DNA of 64,000 nucleotides from Okamejei kenojei (GCA_035221665.1 CM069157.1:30256001-30320000), one strand, 5' to 3'. Positions 35,804 to 49,344 are shown, numbered from the stretch's first letter. The notes: a model not told the origin generated them from the sequence alone. Translations and numbers: made by a program.

Positions 35804-36357
35804 AGGGCCTGTCCCAGCAGCATGCAACTCCATGCGATGAGCGCGACCTAACGTGGTCGCTTGAGCCGTCCGGCGTCGCGGGGCCGGTCCCACTTCGATC
35901 GCCGGAGCCGTGCGGAATTGTGCGGAGTTCGTCCCGACATCGCGCGGGGCTCCGAAAAACTGACCATGTTCAAAAATTCCGCGCGGCAACGGCTTGTTGG
36001 CTCGCAGTCGCCTCGACACATTACACACCGCCTCGATGTCGTGCCTCCGTGACCCTCTCTGTAGGTGCCTCCGTGACCCTCTCTGTGTGTGCCTCTGTGC
36101 CCCTCTCTGTGTGTCCCTCTCTGTCCTGGCAAACTTACCTTTAAGACTTCGCTCCAAGTTCGCCTCACTTTGTGCCGCGTTGCGCCACTCACCCCACCTC
36201 CGCGCGGCCCCCGCTGCCGGTTTGGTCGCGCTCTTCGCATGCAGGCGCATGCTGTTGGGAACGGCCCTGTACAGGGATCACCCGACCTCCGCGCGGCCCC
36301 CGCTGCCGGTTTGATCGCGCTCACCGCATGGAGTCGGATTCTGGTAGGACAGGCCCT
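35804..36357. mobile_element. PIF/Harbinger-type MITE, CpG-rich
   Basis: TTA TSD on both sides; ~43-bp imperfect TIR AGGGCCTGTCC...CTCCATGCG.TGAGCGCGA; internal 24-bp tandem repeats at 36043-36125. Confidence 0.85.
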
Positions 36358-36599
36358 TTAGTCTTCAAATAACACATGTAATCTTGACAAACCCTCAATC
36401 ATAAATTAACAAAAGTGTGTAAAAGGATGTCATCATATTTTATATGCCAACTCATCATATATTACTGTTGGGTATAACTGGACTTAGTGGACCTCTGAGC
36501 TATAGTAACATAGCAATAGTCTCTCCATTCTCCAACCCTCCCTCTAACACCCTCAACTCTATCCCCTTGCGGATATTGGACTTTGTCTCTCGAACTGAT

Positions 36600-37225
36600 G
36601 CACTACAATGCTGAGAATTGAGAATTGCAGCGGATTATGGATGCAGCCAAGATGACCACACAAAGCAACCTCAGTCTCGACCCGAAACGTCACCCATCTG
36701 ACGTCTGAAGAAGGGGCTTGACCCATTCCTTCTCTCCAGAAATGTTGCCTGGCCCGCTGAGTTACTCCAGCATTTTGTGTCAACCTTCGGTTTAAACCAG
36801 CATCTGCAGTTCCTTCCTACACACTCTCTTCTACAGACTTAATTTATACCTCACGCTGCCTCGGCAAGGCCAGCAACATAATCAAGGGCATGTCGCACCG
36901 TGGACACTCCTCCCCTTTCGCATCGGGCAAAAGGTACCGAAGTATGAAAACACCTGCAGATTCAAGGACAGTTTCTTTCCAGCTGTTATCAGGCAACTGA
37001 ACCATCCTACCACAACCTAAAAACAATGTTGAAATACTATCTACATCTTTGACGACCCTTGATCGGACTTTATTGGCTTTACCTTGCACTAAACATTATT
37101 CCTTTATCAAGTATCTATGGGATGGAAATGTCTCGAATGTAATCATGTATTGTCTTTCTGCTGACTGGATAGCACGCAACAAAAGCATTTCACTGTACCT
37201 CGGTACATGTGACAATAAACTAAAC
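36600..37225 (+). mobile_element. Rex1/Babar LINE 3' fragment interrupted by a hammerhead module (36672-36822)
   Basis: ELQRIMDAAK | YTSRCLGKASNIIKG; tail TTTCACTGTACCTCGGTACATGTGACAATAAAC. Confidence 0.8.
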
Positions 37226-37809
37226 TGAGCTGTATCTTCCACTTTGCTCTACCTATTGTACTTGAAATTGGCTTGATTTTAGTGATGCATAGTATTATCT
37301 CATTTGATTGGATAGCATGCAAAACAAAGCTTTTCACTGTGCCTCAGTCTGCCTGACAATAATCAACTCATGACAGACACAAATTCTGAGGTAACGTAAC
37401 GGGTCAGACAGCATCTCCGGAGAAAAGGAATAGGTGACGTTTCGAGTCGAGACGTTTCCTCCTAAACCAACATGGTTGGTAAAAAAGGAGACTGATAACT
37501 GAATTAAATAATTACATTTAGCTACAAACACCTTGTGACACCAGAAGTACAGTTTCCTTACAGAGCACACACTTTGTGGCTAAGCTGTCAAAGATAAACT
37601 TTAGTGAACCGGAGCGGAAAAATGTGAACTTCCAATCTCCTCATTGAAGCATTGGAACAAATCACATCGATCTGAATGGATACAGAAAAGGTGCCTGAGG
37701 CTAGTAAATGTTAAGAAATATAAAGCAAGAGATGTGATCATACCCGGCAAATTGGTGCTGCTTGTGTTGGGAGAAGAATGTCAAAGCTGCAGGTTTTTTG
37801 ATTGATTCA

Positions 37810-38090
37810 ATGAAAGATACAGCATGGAAACAGGCCCTTCGGCCCTCTGAGTCCATGTTGGCCTTCAATCACCTGTTCACACCAGTTATCCCATTTTCCT
37901 ATTCACTCCCTTCACACTAGGTGTAATTTACAGAGGCCAATTAACCTAAAAGCCCGCACGTCTTTGGGGTGTTGGAGAAAACTGGAGCACCCGTAGGAAA
38001 CTGGAGCACCTGGAGGGAGAACGTGCAAACTCCACACAGTCAGGATCAAACCCGGGTCTCTGGTGTTGAGAGGCAGCACTTGTGCCACTG
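37810..38090 (-). mobile_element. HE1-like SINE
   Basis: Head, core and tail motifs present. Confidence 0.8.
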
Positions 38091-38317
38091 TTTTTTTGGG
38101 AATTGTTTGTAAGAAGAACAAAGTTTGTGCTGTTATGACAAAACACATTGAAGACCCTTCGACATGTGCTTTATGTGACATATAGGAGGAGTAAGGAGGG
38201 CTCACCTGTGCTCCATTTCAAAACAATGATCTGTTCTGAAGGATCCAGTCACTTTCTATCTTTCACCCTGACATTTCTATGCACAAAGTACTTTCTATTT
38301 TTCATTCCAACAATTCA

Positions 38318-40277
38318 ATAGACAATAGACAATAGGTGCAGGAGTAGGCCATTTGGCCCTTCGAGCCAGCACCGCCATTCAATGTGATCATGGCTGATCA
38401 TCTCCAATCAGTACCCCGTTCCTGCCTTCTCCCCATATCCCCTGACTCCGCTATTTATAAGAGCCCTATCTAGCCCTCTCTTGAAAGTATCCAGAGAACC
38501 TGCCTCCACCGCCCTCCGAGGCAGCGAATTTCACAGACTCACCACTCTCTGTGAGAAAAAGTGTTTCCTCGTCTCCGTTCTAAATGGCTTACTCCTTATT
38601 CTTAAACTGTGGCCCCTGGTTCTGGACTCCCCCAACATCGGGGAGTCCCAATTCTACGTACAAATTTAATGTACACAGTGTTTGAAGCATGTAAATATCT
38701 ACTTTTATTTTAAATGCAATTCCTTGATGTGTAAAAGCCTGAATTACATGCATTTTATCATTAAGTGGAGCATAGAGCAAAGAGACATATTGCATGGAAA
38801 CAGGACCTTTGGCACATTGAGTCTATACTGACAACAGACAACCACTTACACTAAGCCTATATTAGCACACAGAATATTGAGCATAGAACAGTACAGCATG
38901 GAAACAGGACCTTCAGCCATTGAGTCCACACCAGTCACAAGCACTTATTTACACTCCTCCTATGCATAGAATATAGAACGCAAACCTTTGTATAAAATCA
39001 TGAGAAGAATTGATTGGGTAGATGCACAGTCTCTTGCCCAGAGTAGGGGAATCGAGGACCAGAGGACATAGGTTCAATGTGAAGGGGAAAAGATTTAAAA
39101 GGAATCTGAAGGGTAACTTTTTCACACAAAGGGTGGTGGATGTATGGAACAAGCTGCCAGAGGAGGTAGTTGAGGCTGGGACTATTGCAACGTTTAAGAA
39201 ACAGTTAGACAGGTACATGGATAGGACAGGTTTGAAGGGATATGGACCAAGCGCAGGCAAGTTGGACTAGTGTAGCTGGGACATGTTGGCCGGTGTGGGC
39301 AAGTTGGGCAGAAGGACCTGTTTCCACGTATCACTCTATGTCTCCATCACTATGACCGTGCCCTTGATGTCTGTGCTGAATATGATGCCAAATATTAACC
39401 CCATCTTTCCCCCCACATTCTCATCAATAACCCTATTTTGAATTTGTGTAAAAATCGGTGTTTTGTATCTCTTCCATTTTGAACTCCATTGATGCTATAA
39501 TACAAAGAGTGCATTTCGTGATAATCTTTTCTAGATAGTCAGCCAAATTCAAGAGGCCTCCTCCACTGTCAGAGTGAGGCCACACGCATATTGGAGAAAT
39601 AACACCTCATATCCCGCTTGGGCAGCTTACATCCCAGCAGCATGAATATTGCATTCCCCCTCTCTCCATCCCTCCCCCACCCTCGTAGGCCTGCTAGTTA
39701 CACTGTTTATACCTTCGTTATTACCTCCTGCACAGCCAACAATGGACCTTTGTGGGCTCCTCAGTGCCGGCTCTGATTTAAACATAGAAACATAGAAATT
39801 AGGTGCAGGAGCAGGCCATTCGGCCCTTCGAGCCTGCACCGCCATTCAATATGATCATGGCAGATCATCCAACTCAGTATCCTGTACCTGCCTTCTCTCC
39901 ATACCCCCTGATCCCTTCAGCCACAAGGGCCACATCCAACTCCCTCTTAAATATGGCCAACGAACTGGCCTCAACTACCTTCTGTGGCAGAGAATTCCAC
40001 AGATTCACCACTCTCTGTGTGAAAAATGATTTTCTCATCTCGGTCCTAAAGGACTTCCCCCTTATCCTTAAACTGTGACCCCTTGTCCTGGACTCCCCCA
40101 ACATCGGGAACAATCTTCCTGCATCTAGCCTGTCCAACCCCTTAAGAATTTTGTAAGTCTCTATGAGATCACCCCTCAATCTTCTAAATTCCAGCGAGTA
40201 CAAGCCGAGTCTATCCAGTCTTTCTTCATATGGAAGTCGTGCCATCCCAGGAATCAGTCTGGTGAACCTTCTCTGTA
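38318..40277. mobile_element. Cluster of CR1 3' fragments (38318-38645 -, 38990-39345 +, 39780-40277 -) and a short PLE 3' piece (39555-39780 +)
   Basis: ESRTRGH...FFTQRVV..WN.LP in each CR1; the PLE piece reads HLISRLGSLHPSSMNIAF. Confidence 0.85.
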
Positions 40278-41208
40278 CTCCCTCTATGGCAAGAATTGTT
40301 CTGTACCTTTGTTCTGTACCTTTTCATACCATCGGTATCCCTCTCCCCTGACGGTCGGCATGGATGAGTTGGGCCAAGGGGACTTTTTCTGTGCAGTATG
40401 ACTCTAAATACAATCGAGCCAAACTCAGGTACATTAGGTAAGCAATGGGGAAGATACCGAGTGCAGAATGTAGATCTCAGCATTGTAGTGCACCAGTGCC
40501 GTTGACAAATTCCATGTCCACAATAGTGGCAATTAATACAAATGAGAGCTAGTCTTCAAAAGAACTGCCCCATGTCATTTAGAAGCAGTCATCAAAGAGA
40601 CACAACTGTCTACTGTGGCTGCAGCTCTTGGTTCACAAGAGGGAAATCACTTTAGAGTTATAATTCGGAAACTGGCAAATGCAACCTCCGCTGTTGATAC
40701 TTGTAAAACATATTTTATTGAACATTGGAACATTGGAACATTTATTGATATTTCAAAAACGCATTGGGTGTGCGAGATTCTGCTTTAGGCACCATTATAA
40801 ATCACACCGAGCAAAATAACAGATAAATGTTTATGCTAATCGTCCCACATTGAATGTCCCAGGATGGAGATCAGGGAAGAGATTAAGTATCCTCCCTGTC
40901 ACTTAGCTCACAGTTAAAGAGAGATTCCTGCCATTTAACTCCTGGTTGAATATATATTACTGCCACTTAGCGAATAGTTAAGATTTATTTGTTGTCTCAA
41001 TTAATATTCTGGGTGTTTGTACATTCAGTCTGTCTATACTCTGATAAAATAACTATATTTTGAGATTTTATCTCAACCAACCATCCACACATGTTGGGAT
41101 ATTCAAAGGTATTTTGTCAATTAATGTGTACTCCCATTGTAAATAATTCAATAGAGTTAGTGTCGGAGGAACTCAACAGGTCAGGCAGAATCTTAGTTTA
41201 GTTTAAGG

Positions 41209-41885
41209 GAAGATAGACACAAAATGCTGGAGTAACCCAGCAGGTCAGGCCAACATCTCTGGAGGAGAGGAATAGGTGATTTTTGGGGTCGAGACCCCTC
41301 TTCAAACAGAGCGAGATGCCCCATTAAAAGTAATCCCATTTTTCAATGTTTGGTCCAAATCCCTCTAAACTGTTGCAATTCGGGTCCTCAGAGGGTCTCG
41401 ACCCGAATTGCAAAGGTTTAGAGGGATATGGACCAAAAGAAGGATCTCGACGTAGAAATATCACCTATCCATTTTCTCCAGAGATGCCGCCTGACCTGCT
41501 GAGATACACCAACACTTTGCATCATTTTGTGTATTAACCAGCATCTGCAGTTCCTTATTTCTACATTGATAGGACAGGTTTAGAGTGATATTGGCCAAAC
41601 ACAGGCAGGTGGGAGAAGTGTAGATGGGGCATGTTGGTCGGTGTGGGCAAGATGGGCTGAAGGGCCTGTTTCCACGGTGTTTAACTATGACTATGAATAG
41701 TTATCCTCAGTATCTTGCAATGGGGCTCTTTGGTCCATCCTGAAACATCACCTATTCTTTTGAGATGCTGCCTGACCCGCTGAGTTACTACATCTTTTTG
41801 TGTCTATCTTTGGCCTAAACCAGCATCTGCAGTTCCTTCCTACAATGCTGCCCGACCCGCTGAGTTACCCCAGCAATTTGTGCCT
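41209..41885. repeat. Cluster of hammerhead-module copies and CR1 tail pieces, including a 38-bp fold-back
   Basis: Copies at 41209-41305 (-), 41438-41560 (+) and 41740-41885 (+); inverted repeat 41349-41386/41400-41437. Confidence 0.75.
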
Positions 41886-42639
41886 ATGTTATGTTCAGAT
41901 AATGTTCTTTCTGAGCGGTGGCCGGAATATATTAACATTAATATTTTCTGTTTGGTGACCTGTGCTGACAAGTATGTGACAGGCACCACACAAACTACCC
42001 GCTGCATCGCAGACTGCTGGAGTAACCCGGAGTATACGCTCCCCCGAGCAGCTGTGAGCGCATTCGCAAAATGAAGACACAGTCTCACCATCCTGCAATA
42101 ATTGCAGGTTCCTAACTGCAGACGCTCCAAAGGTGGAAATGTTGACTCCTGTCATTGCTAATGGCTCTTTTGCATCCGATAACAATCATTCTGGCTGTGC
42201 AATTGAACCGACGGAGCACATTAAGAGATCACAAAGCGACAAGAAGCAGACAACTCTAAGCTCCTGGACAAGCAGGAGATAACATTACATCCAACTCTCG
42301 CCCTAATTCCCTCTTGAACTTATTAGTGATTGTCACATATTTATAGTGAAGGATCGTAAATCTTCTCACCTTCAAATGATAAATTGGATAATTGCTTTAA
42401 ATTTCACTGGTGGTTTTCCCTTTTGACACTCTGCTCGAGAGGATTTTAAAGTCCTGCAGTAAATCTGAAGTGAAGATTAAGATAGGTTGAGGCTGCTCCA
42501 GGAATACAAACTGACTGCAAAGTTGAGTTGTGAAGGTGACTGATATATTAAGTCCGTAATGCCTAAAGTACTTAACACAACCCACAGCCCCTTCCTCTGA
42601 AACACCAAAGTCAGAAGGCTCCTGTTGCAAGGAAAGAGG

Positions 42640-43500
42640 AGGCCGACTTTGATATGAAGCCTTGAAGGAATCTACAGCAAGTACTGCCTCCACAAGGTAG
42701 CTAATATCATCAAAGGGTCACACCACCGTGGACAGGCTCTTATAGAAACATATACAATTATAAAAGGACTGGACGAGCAGGATGCAGGAAAAATGTTCCC
42801 AATGATGGAGGAGTCCAGAACCAGGGGCCACAGTCTAAGAATAAAGGGGAGGCCATTTAAAGCTGAGGTGAGAAAAAACGTTTTCACCCAAAGAGTTGTG
42901 AATTTGTGGAATTCTCTGCCACGGAAGACAGCAGAGGCCAATTCACTGGATTAATTTAAAAGATAGAGCCTCAGGGGCTAGCGGAATCAAGGGATATGGG
43001 GAGAAGGCAGGCAGGCAGCCATGATCACAATGAATGGCAGTGCAGGCTCGAAGGGCCAAATGGCCTCCTCCTGCACCTATTTTCTATGTTTCTATGTTTC
43101 TCCATCAGCAAGGAGGTGCAGGAGCTGTGAACTGTTAATTCCAGATACATGGTCGGCTTCCTGAATTAAGTTCTTGGCAATAAAGGGCGGCACATTGGTG
43201 CAGATGGTAGAGCTGCTGCCTCACAGCACCAGGGACTCGCGTTCAATCCTGACCTCTGGTGGTGTGTGTGTGTAGTTTGTATGTCCTCCCTATCCTGCGT
43301 GGGTTTCCTCCGGGTGCTCTGGTTTCAACCCATATCCCAAAAACGTGCAAGTTTGTAGGTTGATTGCTGTCTGTCAATTACGTCTCGTGTGTTGGTGTGG
43401 ATGAGAAAGTGGGTTAACATAGAACAAGTGTGTACGGATGATCGATGGTCGTCATGGACACGGTGGGCTGAAGGGCCTGATTCTATGTTGTATCTTTTAA
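42640..43500 (+). mobile_element. Rex1 fragment interrupted by a CR1 3' end (42740-43100), followed by an HE1 SINE (43187-43500)
   Basis: CLHKVANIIKG..H..; CR1 ESRTRGHSLRIKGRPF; SINE head GGCGGCACATTGGTGCAGATGGTAGAGCTGCTGCC. Confidence 0.75.
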
Positions 43501-44949
43501 TCAAAACCCTCTGATACCCAAACCGCAACCCTACCTCAGGTATATGCCACAAAGGAGCTAGCACTAAACTTTATGCTTTGCACTATCACAGTCTAATTTA
43601 CTTACAATAATGTAATTTATGTTTTTTTTGTGTTATTTTGTCTGTAAAGTGCCTGTAAAGATTTACAAGTAAGAATTTCATCGTTCCAGTTCGACTCTGG
43701 TGCATATGACAAATAAACTCTCTTGACTCTCGTGTGTGGGCGAGTGGTGAGCAGGCAGAACTATGTCTCATGAATATAAGGTTGCCTTGGATAAATTTGT
43801 AACTGCCCAAGTTTTAATAGTTTGGCTTGCTGTTGTTGCATTCTGCTCCACTAAAACGGCCACAGCTTACGGAATCCGTCTATAAGCAATTGTGACTTTC
43901 AGCATGTTTACGATTCGAGGTCTAAAGCTGGGCATCAGCGCACAGCACTGACAACACATCTGAAATATTTACACAGGGATCACATACTGGCGGGAACAAG
44001 CTGATAAAATCCTGCATGCCACTATTGGGTCAATAGCAGCACAAATCAAGGCAACAGAGCCTTGTAAAATAGCCATCTGCCTTTTACACTTAGAGATTGA
44101 TTTCCATGCATTTTGATATGCCCCAGTTCATCAGGCTTCATGGCGGACAGCGCTATGGGGCTAGAATGTCGCTGGCTGAGACTGAAGTTGCCATTGGAAA
44201 GGGTTAGCTCCACAATCTCACTCTGACCCTGATGATTGCAAAAGGGGACGTCACTTTTAAACAGAACTTAATCTGATTAGTCAGAGAGATCTTCAGCAAG
44301 TGCTATGCAGGTGCCATGGAAACCTGTTTAAACCTTAGGCTTTGCTCCTCTTACCAGAATCTGAGGCCCTAGGGAGGCTGAGAGCTATTGGCAATTACTC
44401 CTCAAATAAAATCCCACAAATTATTCACACTTTCCACTCAACTTCTCTCTGTGGAGTTTTAACCAGAGCCCTTACACTCACCGGGAATTGGTGGAAAGTA
44501 TTTCTGTTAGATATATCCGCTAGATATATCTGGTAAAGCCATAAATGAAATTATCCAGACCAACCTGGGATTGATGAAGAAGCAAGGAGCTGCAGACTTG
44601 CTGGTCTTCAAAACACCAACACCAAGTGCTGGAGTAACCCAGAAGGCCAGGCAACATCTCTAGAGAACATGGATAGGTGAAATTTTGGGTCGGGACCTAT
44701 CTTTAGACCTTCTTCTCTAGCTTTGTGCAATGGGATTGATAATAATGGTTATGATGCAGGTAAAGAAGGAAGTAACATGACTTTAGTTGGCTTCATCTCC
44801 ACATCACGTCAGTATCTATTCCTGGACAATTCTTCAACTCTAGTCAAACAGTTGGGAGAAATCCGGGAATTGATAAAGACAAGACGATGAGTCCCTTTTA
44901 TTGATTGGACTTTATCCTCCTGTCACCTTGTTTTGTTCTGTCACCTTAT

Positions 44950-45945
44950 TAGCTTGAAAGATACAGAATGGAAACATGGTCTTTGGTCAACCGAGTCCCT
45001 GCCGAACATCGATCGCCCGTGCACACTAGTTTTTTGTTATCTCACTTCCTCATCCACACCTTACATGCTGGGGGCAGTTTACAGAGACCAATTAACCTAC
45101 AAACCCGCTCTTCTTTGGGATGTGGGAGGTAACTGGAACAGCCGGGTGAAACCTATGAATTCACAGGGAGAACATGCAAACTCCACACACACCGTACATG
45201 AGGTCAAGATCAAATTCGGGACTCTGGCGCTGTGAGGCAGCAACTTAACCAGCCATGCCATTGTGTCAACAATGCTGAAACTCAGGAGGAAAATCATTGC
45301 ATCATTAATATTTCTGAAAACTATTTTACATTGAACACTACAGCTTGGAACAGTGAAAGGCTTGGATAGAGTGGAGAATAGTGAAAGGCTTGGATAGAGT
45401 GGATGTGGAGAGGATGTTTCCACTAGTGGGAGAATCTAGGAATCAATGGATATTTTTAAGGGAGAGATAGATAGACTATTGATTAGTACAGGTGTCAGAG
45501 GTCATGGGGAGAAGGCAGGAAAATGGGGTTCGGTGGGAGAGATAGATCAGCCATGATTAAAGGGTAGAGTAGACTTGATGGGCTGAATGGCCTAATTCTG
45601 CTCCTATTACTTGTGACCTTATGAACAGACTCTTTGGCCCACAATGACCATGTTGAACTTTCAGTCAAATCAAACTCATCTCCTCAGCTGGTGTGATCCA
45701 TATCCTCATGTAATCCATATCCCTCCAATCCCTGCACATCCATGTGGCATGTGCCTATTTTTATGTTTCTTAAACACTACTATCATATCTGTCTCCACTG
45801 CCACCTGCGGGCTCCAGGCACCCACCACTCTCTAACAAACTTGCTCGCTCATCTCCTTTGAATGTTCCCCCTCTCACCTTAAAGCTCTGCCGTCTAACCT
45901 TTGACATTTCCACTCTGAATAAAAGGGTTCTGACGGGTCTACCTG
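44950..45945. mobile_element. HE1 SINE (44950-45265 -) and CR1 fragments (45350-45625 +, 45625-45945 -)
   Basis: Same diagnostic motifs as other copies. Confidence 0.75.
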
Positions 45946-45949
45946 GCTG

Positions 45950-46552
45950 GTAGCAAAGTCAGACATGATGGAGGGGCACACAATGACATCAAGAACCGGC
46001 TAAACAAGGCTAGGAATGTTTTCAGAATGCTAAACAATGCACAGAGGTCCCGGCAATACAGCACCAAGACCAACCTGAAGTTATACCAGAGCTATGTCCT
46101 CTCCACCCTCCTATAAGTCCTGGAATGCTGGAGAATGACAGTGAGCGACATCAACCAGCTGTCAGTCTTCCATACTAAGAACCTGAAAAGAATCCTTAGA
46201 ATATTTTGGCCCAAACACCATATCCGACCAAGATCTCCTTGCTCAATGCCAACAAGAGAGCATGGACACCATCATGATGAGAAGGTGCTGGGACTGGATT
46301 GGCCATATACTGAGAAGAGAACCAGACAGCATCCCAAGAATAGCCCTGCACTGGAAGGGAAAAAGGAAAAGAGGAGACCCAAAGCCACCTGGCGGTCGCG
46401 AACTGTAGAGGAGAAAAGTGAAAACCGAATGGACCTGGACCTTGGGGTATGTGTCCAGACGCTAGCCCAGAACAGACAGGAGTGGAGAGAAACCTTCGTT
46501 GCTGCCCTACATGCCAGGACAGCATAATAGGCAGTAAGGTAAATAAGTGAAA
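45950..46552 (+). mobile_element. RTE-clade LINE 3' end
   Basis: DGGAHNDIKNRLNKARNVFRML...TKTNLKLYQSYVLSTLL..ECWRMT..VFHTKNLKRILRIFWP...RPKATWR..AQNRQEWR; TAAG-like tail. Confidence 0.9.
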
Positions 46553-47994
46553 GTCATATGACTGTCTACCTTAGGGCTGCACGGTGGCGCAGCCGTAGAT
46601 TTGCTTGCAGCGCTGGAGACTCAGGTTCGATCCCGACTATGGGTGCTGTCTGTACGGAGTTTGTATGTTATCCCAGTGACCGGGGAGCTGGGTGCAGGAC
46701 ATAGCCTGGCAGGTAATAGCCCTGCTGGTAAACCTCTACTGCACCCTCCCCAAAACCTCCTCATGTTTCCTGTACTGGGGCGACCAGAACTGCATCTGGG
46801 GAGAACAGAAGCTTACTTCACACTTGCAGAAGTAGTGCAGGCAGGGAAGTTGGAAAGAACAGGGCTAAGAGAGGGCAGTTCAATTCCTGACCCATCCTGC
46901 AATCAGCAGCAGGCTGAAGCAGCGGTTCCCTTTGCTAATCTTCTCTGCCCCATTACATTTCCGATTATCAGCAGCCGTGTCAGACCTTGCTCCCAGTCAT
47001 CGCTTCCTAATCCTAATCAGTGTTCATTTCTTATCTACTCTTTTTGAAATGTTGCTGCAGCATTTTTTGTCTAAATAAGGAAGAATGGAATAGCTTGAAA
47101 GAAAAGCACAAACAGTGACACCAATCAACGCGTTGACGTGATTGGAAATTTATTTTTGAACTTTGTGGAACCTTATGAACGCACATCTTGCCGCGAGAGG
47201 CCCTGTCAAAAACCCATCAAGAATAGAAACTCATTCACGCGCTGAGCTCAGTGAGGTTAAACAAACCCAGGGCCAGATTGCATATGGCTTCAGCAAATAC
47301 AAAGCGCTGGAGTAACGCAACTCGGCGATACAGTTCACCCTGGAACGAAACGACACGGCAAACGTTCCGATCGAACCTCCTCTATCAGACTGACATGGAT
47401 GAATTAAACAAGTATTTGCCTCTGTCTTGGTCTTGGGCACTTACAACCCAGCGGTATGAATATTAAATTTATCTAACATTTCAAAAAAACTCCCGTGCAT
47501 CCTCCCACTCTTTCCATCCTCTTCCACCCAAGTTTTCCTGCCTAACATTTACTGTTCGTATCCATCATTCATGACCTCCTCCACAGCCAATAATGGATCT
47601 TTGTTTGCTCTTTGGCCATCGGTACCAGGCTCTGACAATCTGAGATTCATTCTGAGTACCTTTTCATGCTTTAGTTTTCTCTCTCCCCTACTCTCAGTCC
47701 TGAAGAAGGGTCTTGACCAGGACGCAACCTACTCCCTTTCCTCCACAGACATGCTGCTTGACCCGACTGAGTTACTCCAGCATTTTGGGTCCAACTTTTG
47801 ATGTTAATTGTAATATATTTTGACATTTGGTTTACTTTCAGCAATGGATCGGGCTTACTTGACAACTGAATGGGAGGAGATATTAACCTGTAAACAGTCC
47901 CCAATAATACGGCATAGCAAAGAGAAACTGATAATTGGTTGAAGATATAGTGAAGTTATCTGACTGATGTGGGATTTGATGAACCTGGTTACAT

Positions 47995-48550
47995 ACGACA
48001 CATAGACAATAGGTCAGAGTCAGGACATTCGCGGACCTTTCGAGCCGCTCCGCATTCAATATGATCATGGCAGATCATCTAACTCAGTATCACTGCACCT
48101 TCGCTTCCTCATACCCCCTGATCCCTTTAAGCCACACGCCAATATAAGCCAATTAAACTGCCTCAACTACTTTCTTGGCAGAAGAATTCCACAGATTCAC
48201 CACTCTCTGTGTGAATTTTTTTTTCCTCCATCTCGGTTCCTAAAATACTTCCCCTTATATCTTAAAATTGACCCCTTATTCTCGAGAATTCCCCAACATC
48301 GGGAACAATCTTCGGCACATCTAGCACACGCCAACCCTTAAGAATTTTGCAAGTTTCTAAAAGATCCCCCCTCGATCTTCTAAAACATCTAGCCGAGTAC
48401 AAGCCGATCTATCCAGTACCTTTCTTCATATGAAAGTCCTGCCATCCCAGGAAATCAGTCTGGTGAACCTTCTCTGTACTCCCTCTATGGCCAAGATTGT
48501 CTTTCCTCAATAGGAGGACCAAAACGTATCAATACACCATGTGTGGTCTT
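47995..48550 (-). mobile_element. CR1 3' fragment (indel-rich copy of the 39780-40277 subfamily)
   Basis: Colinear with 39780-40277 but with many 1-bp indels. Confidence 0.8.
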
Positions 48551-48578
48551 GTGGCAGGAAAAGAAGGAAATATTATAA

Positions 48579-49196
48579 AGGGCTCTTCCAACTGGAGCGT
48601 CATTTTGCGCGAGACATGCTAAAATTTGTTGCCCATCATGACCGTGCACGGCTTTGGGTGAGCTGATGGGCGTATGCAGTGAATGCGCAGCTCCACGATT
48701 ATTGAATGCTCAAAATCCTCGCGCGCACACCTGCTGACATATCCCTTGTGCACCTGTGTACTGATGGTGATAACGCTGACAGTACTAGAGCACGGCGTAC
48801 GCGACGCATGTGTGTCGCATGGTTCCGCACGGTGACACATGAATATTGCTCGTTGCTCATTTTATTGTCAGGCATCACTGTAGGTGCAATGTCCGTACAC
48901 CATGTGTCGGCGCCCGTCACAGCCGTCGTCATGCCATTTTGCGTAATTTTGAGCCCGCACAACGTGCCACCACAGATATAAAGCACGCATAGTTTGAAAA
49001 TGTGTTCACTGTTTGCAAATCTCTTGCCGCGGAGAACGACTAAGTACGAACCACATCGCAAATAGATCACAAAGAAGCAGGGCCTGCAAGAGCACTTGGC
49101 GCATACTGTCGTACAGCAGACGATTTACACGCACATCCTGTCTGGAAATGACCGCGCAAATGACGCGCAAATGAAGCCCAAGTGGCGGACAGCCCT
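48579..49196. mobile_element. PIF/Harbinger-type MITE (second family), CpG-rich
   Basis: TAA TSD; termini AGGGCT...GCGTCATTTTGCGCG / CGCGCAAATGA...GGACAGCCCT. Confidence 0.7.
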
Positions 49197-49344
49197 TAAC
49201 TTTGCACTTCTAAGCTGTCCCTTACAGTGTGGATTGAGGGAAAAATAGCAGTTAACTTTTGTAAAGCTACAGTGAAAGAACCATCAATGAGTACAATCGA
49301 CAAAATAATCACGTTTGGTTTCACGAATCAATGTAATCCGTGAA

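Noticed and set aside
35801-36372. Overlapping 100-158 aa ORFs in a GC-rich island suggesting a gene or promoter
   Set aside because: Fully contained in a TIR/TSD-bounded MITE; stop-poor because of GC content.
41840-42185. 96-aa ORFs in unique sequence as a host coding exon
   Set aside because: No recognisable protein; the splice-bounded segment has stops in all frames. Kept only as a candidate non-coding exon.
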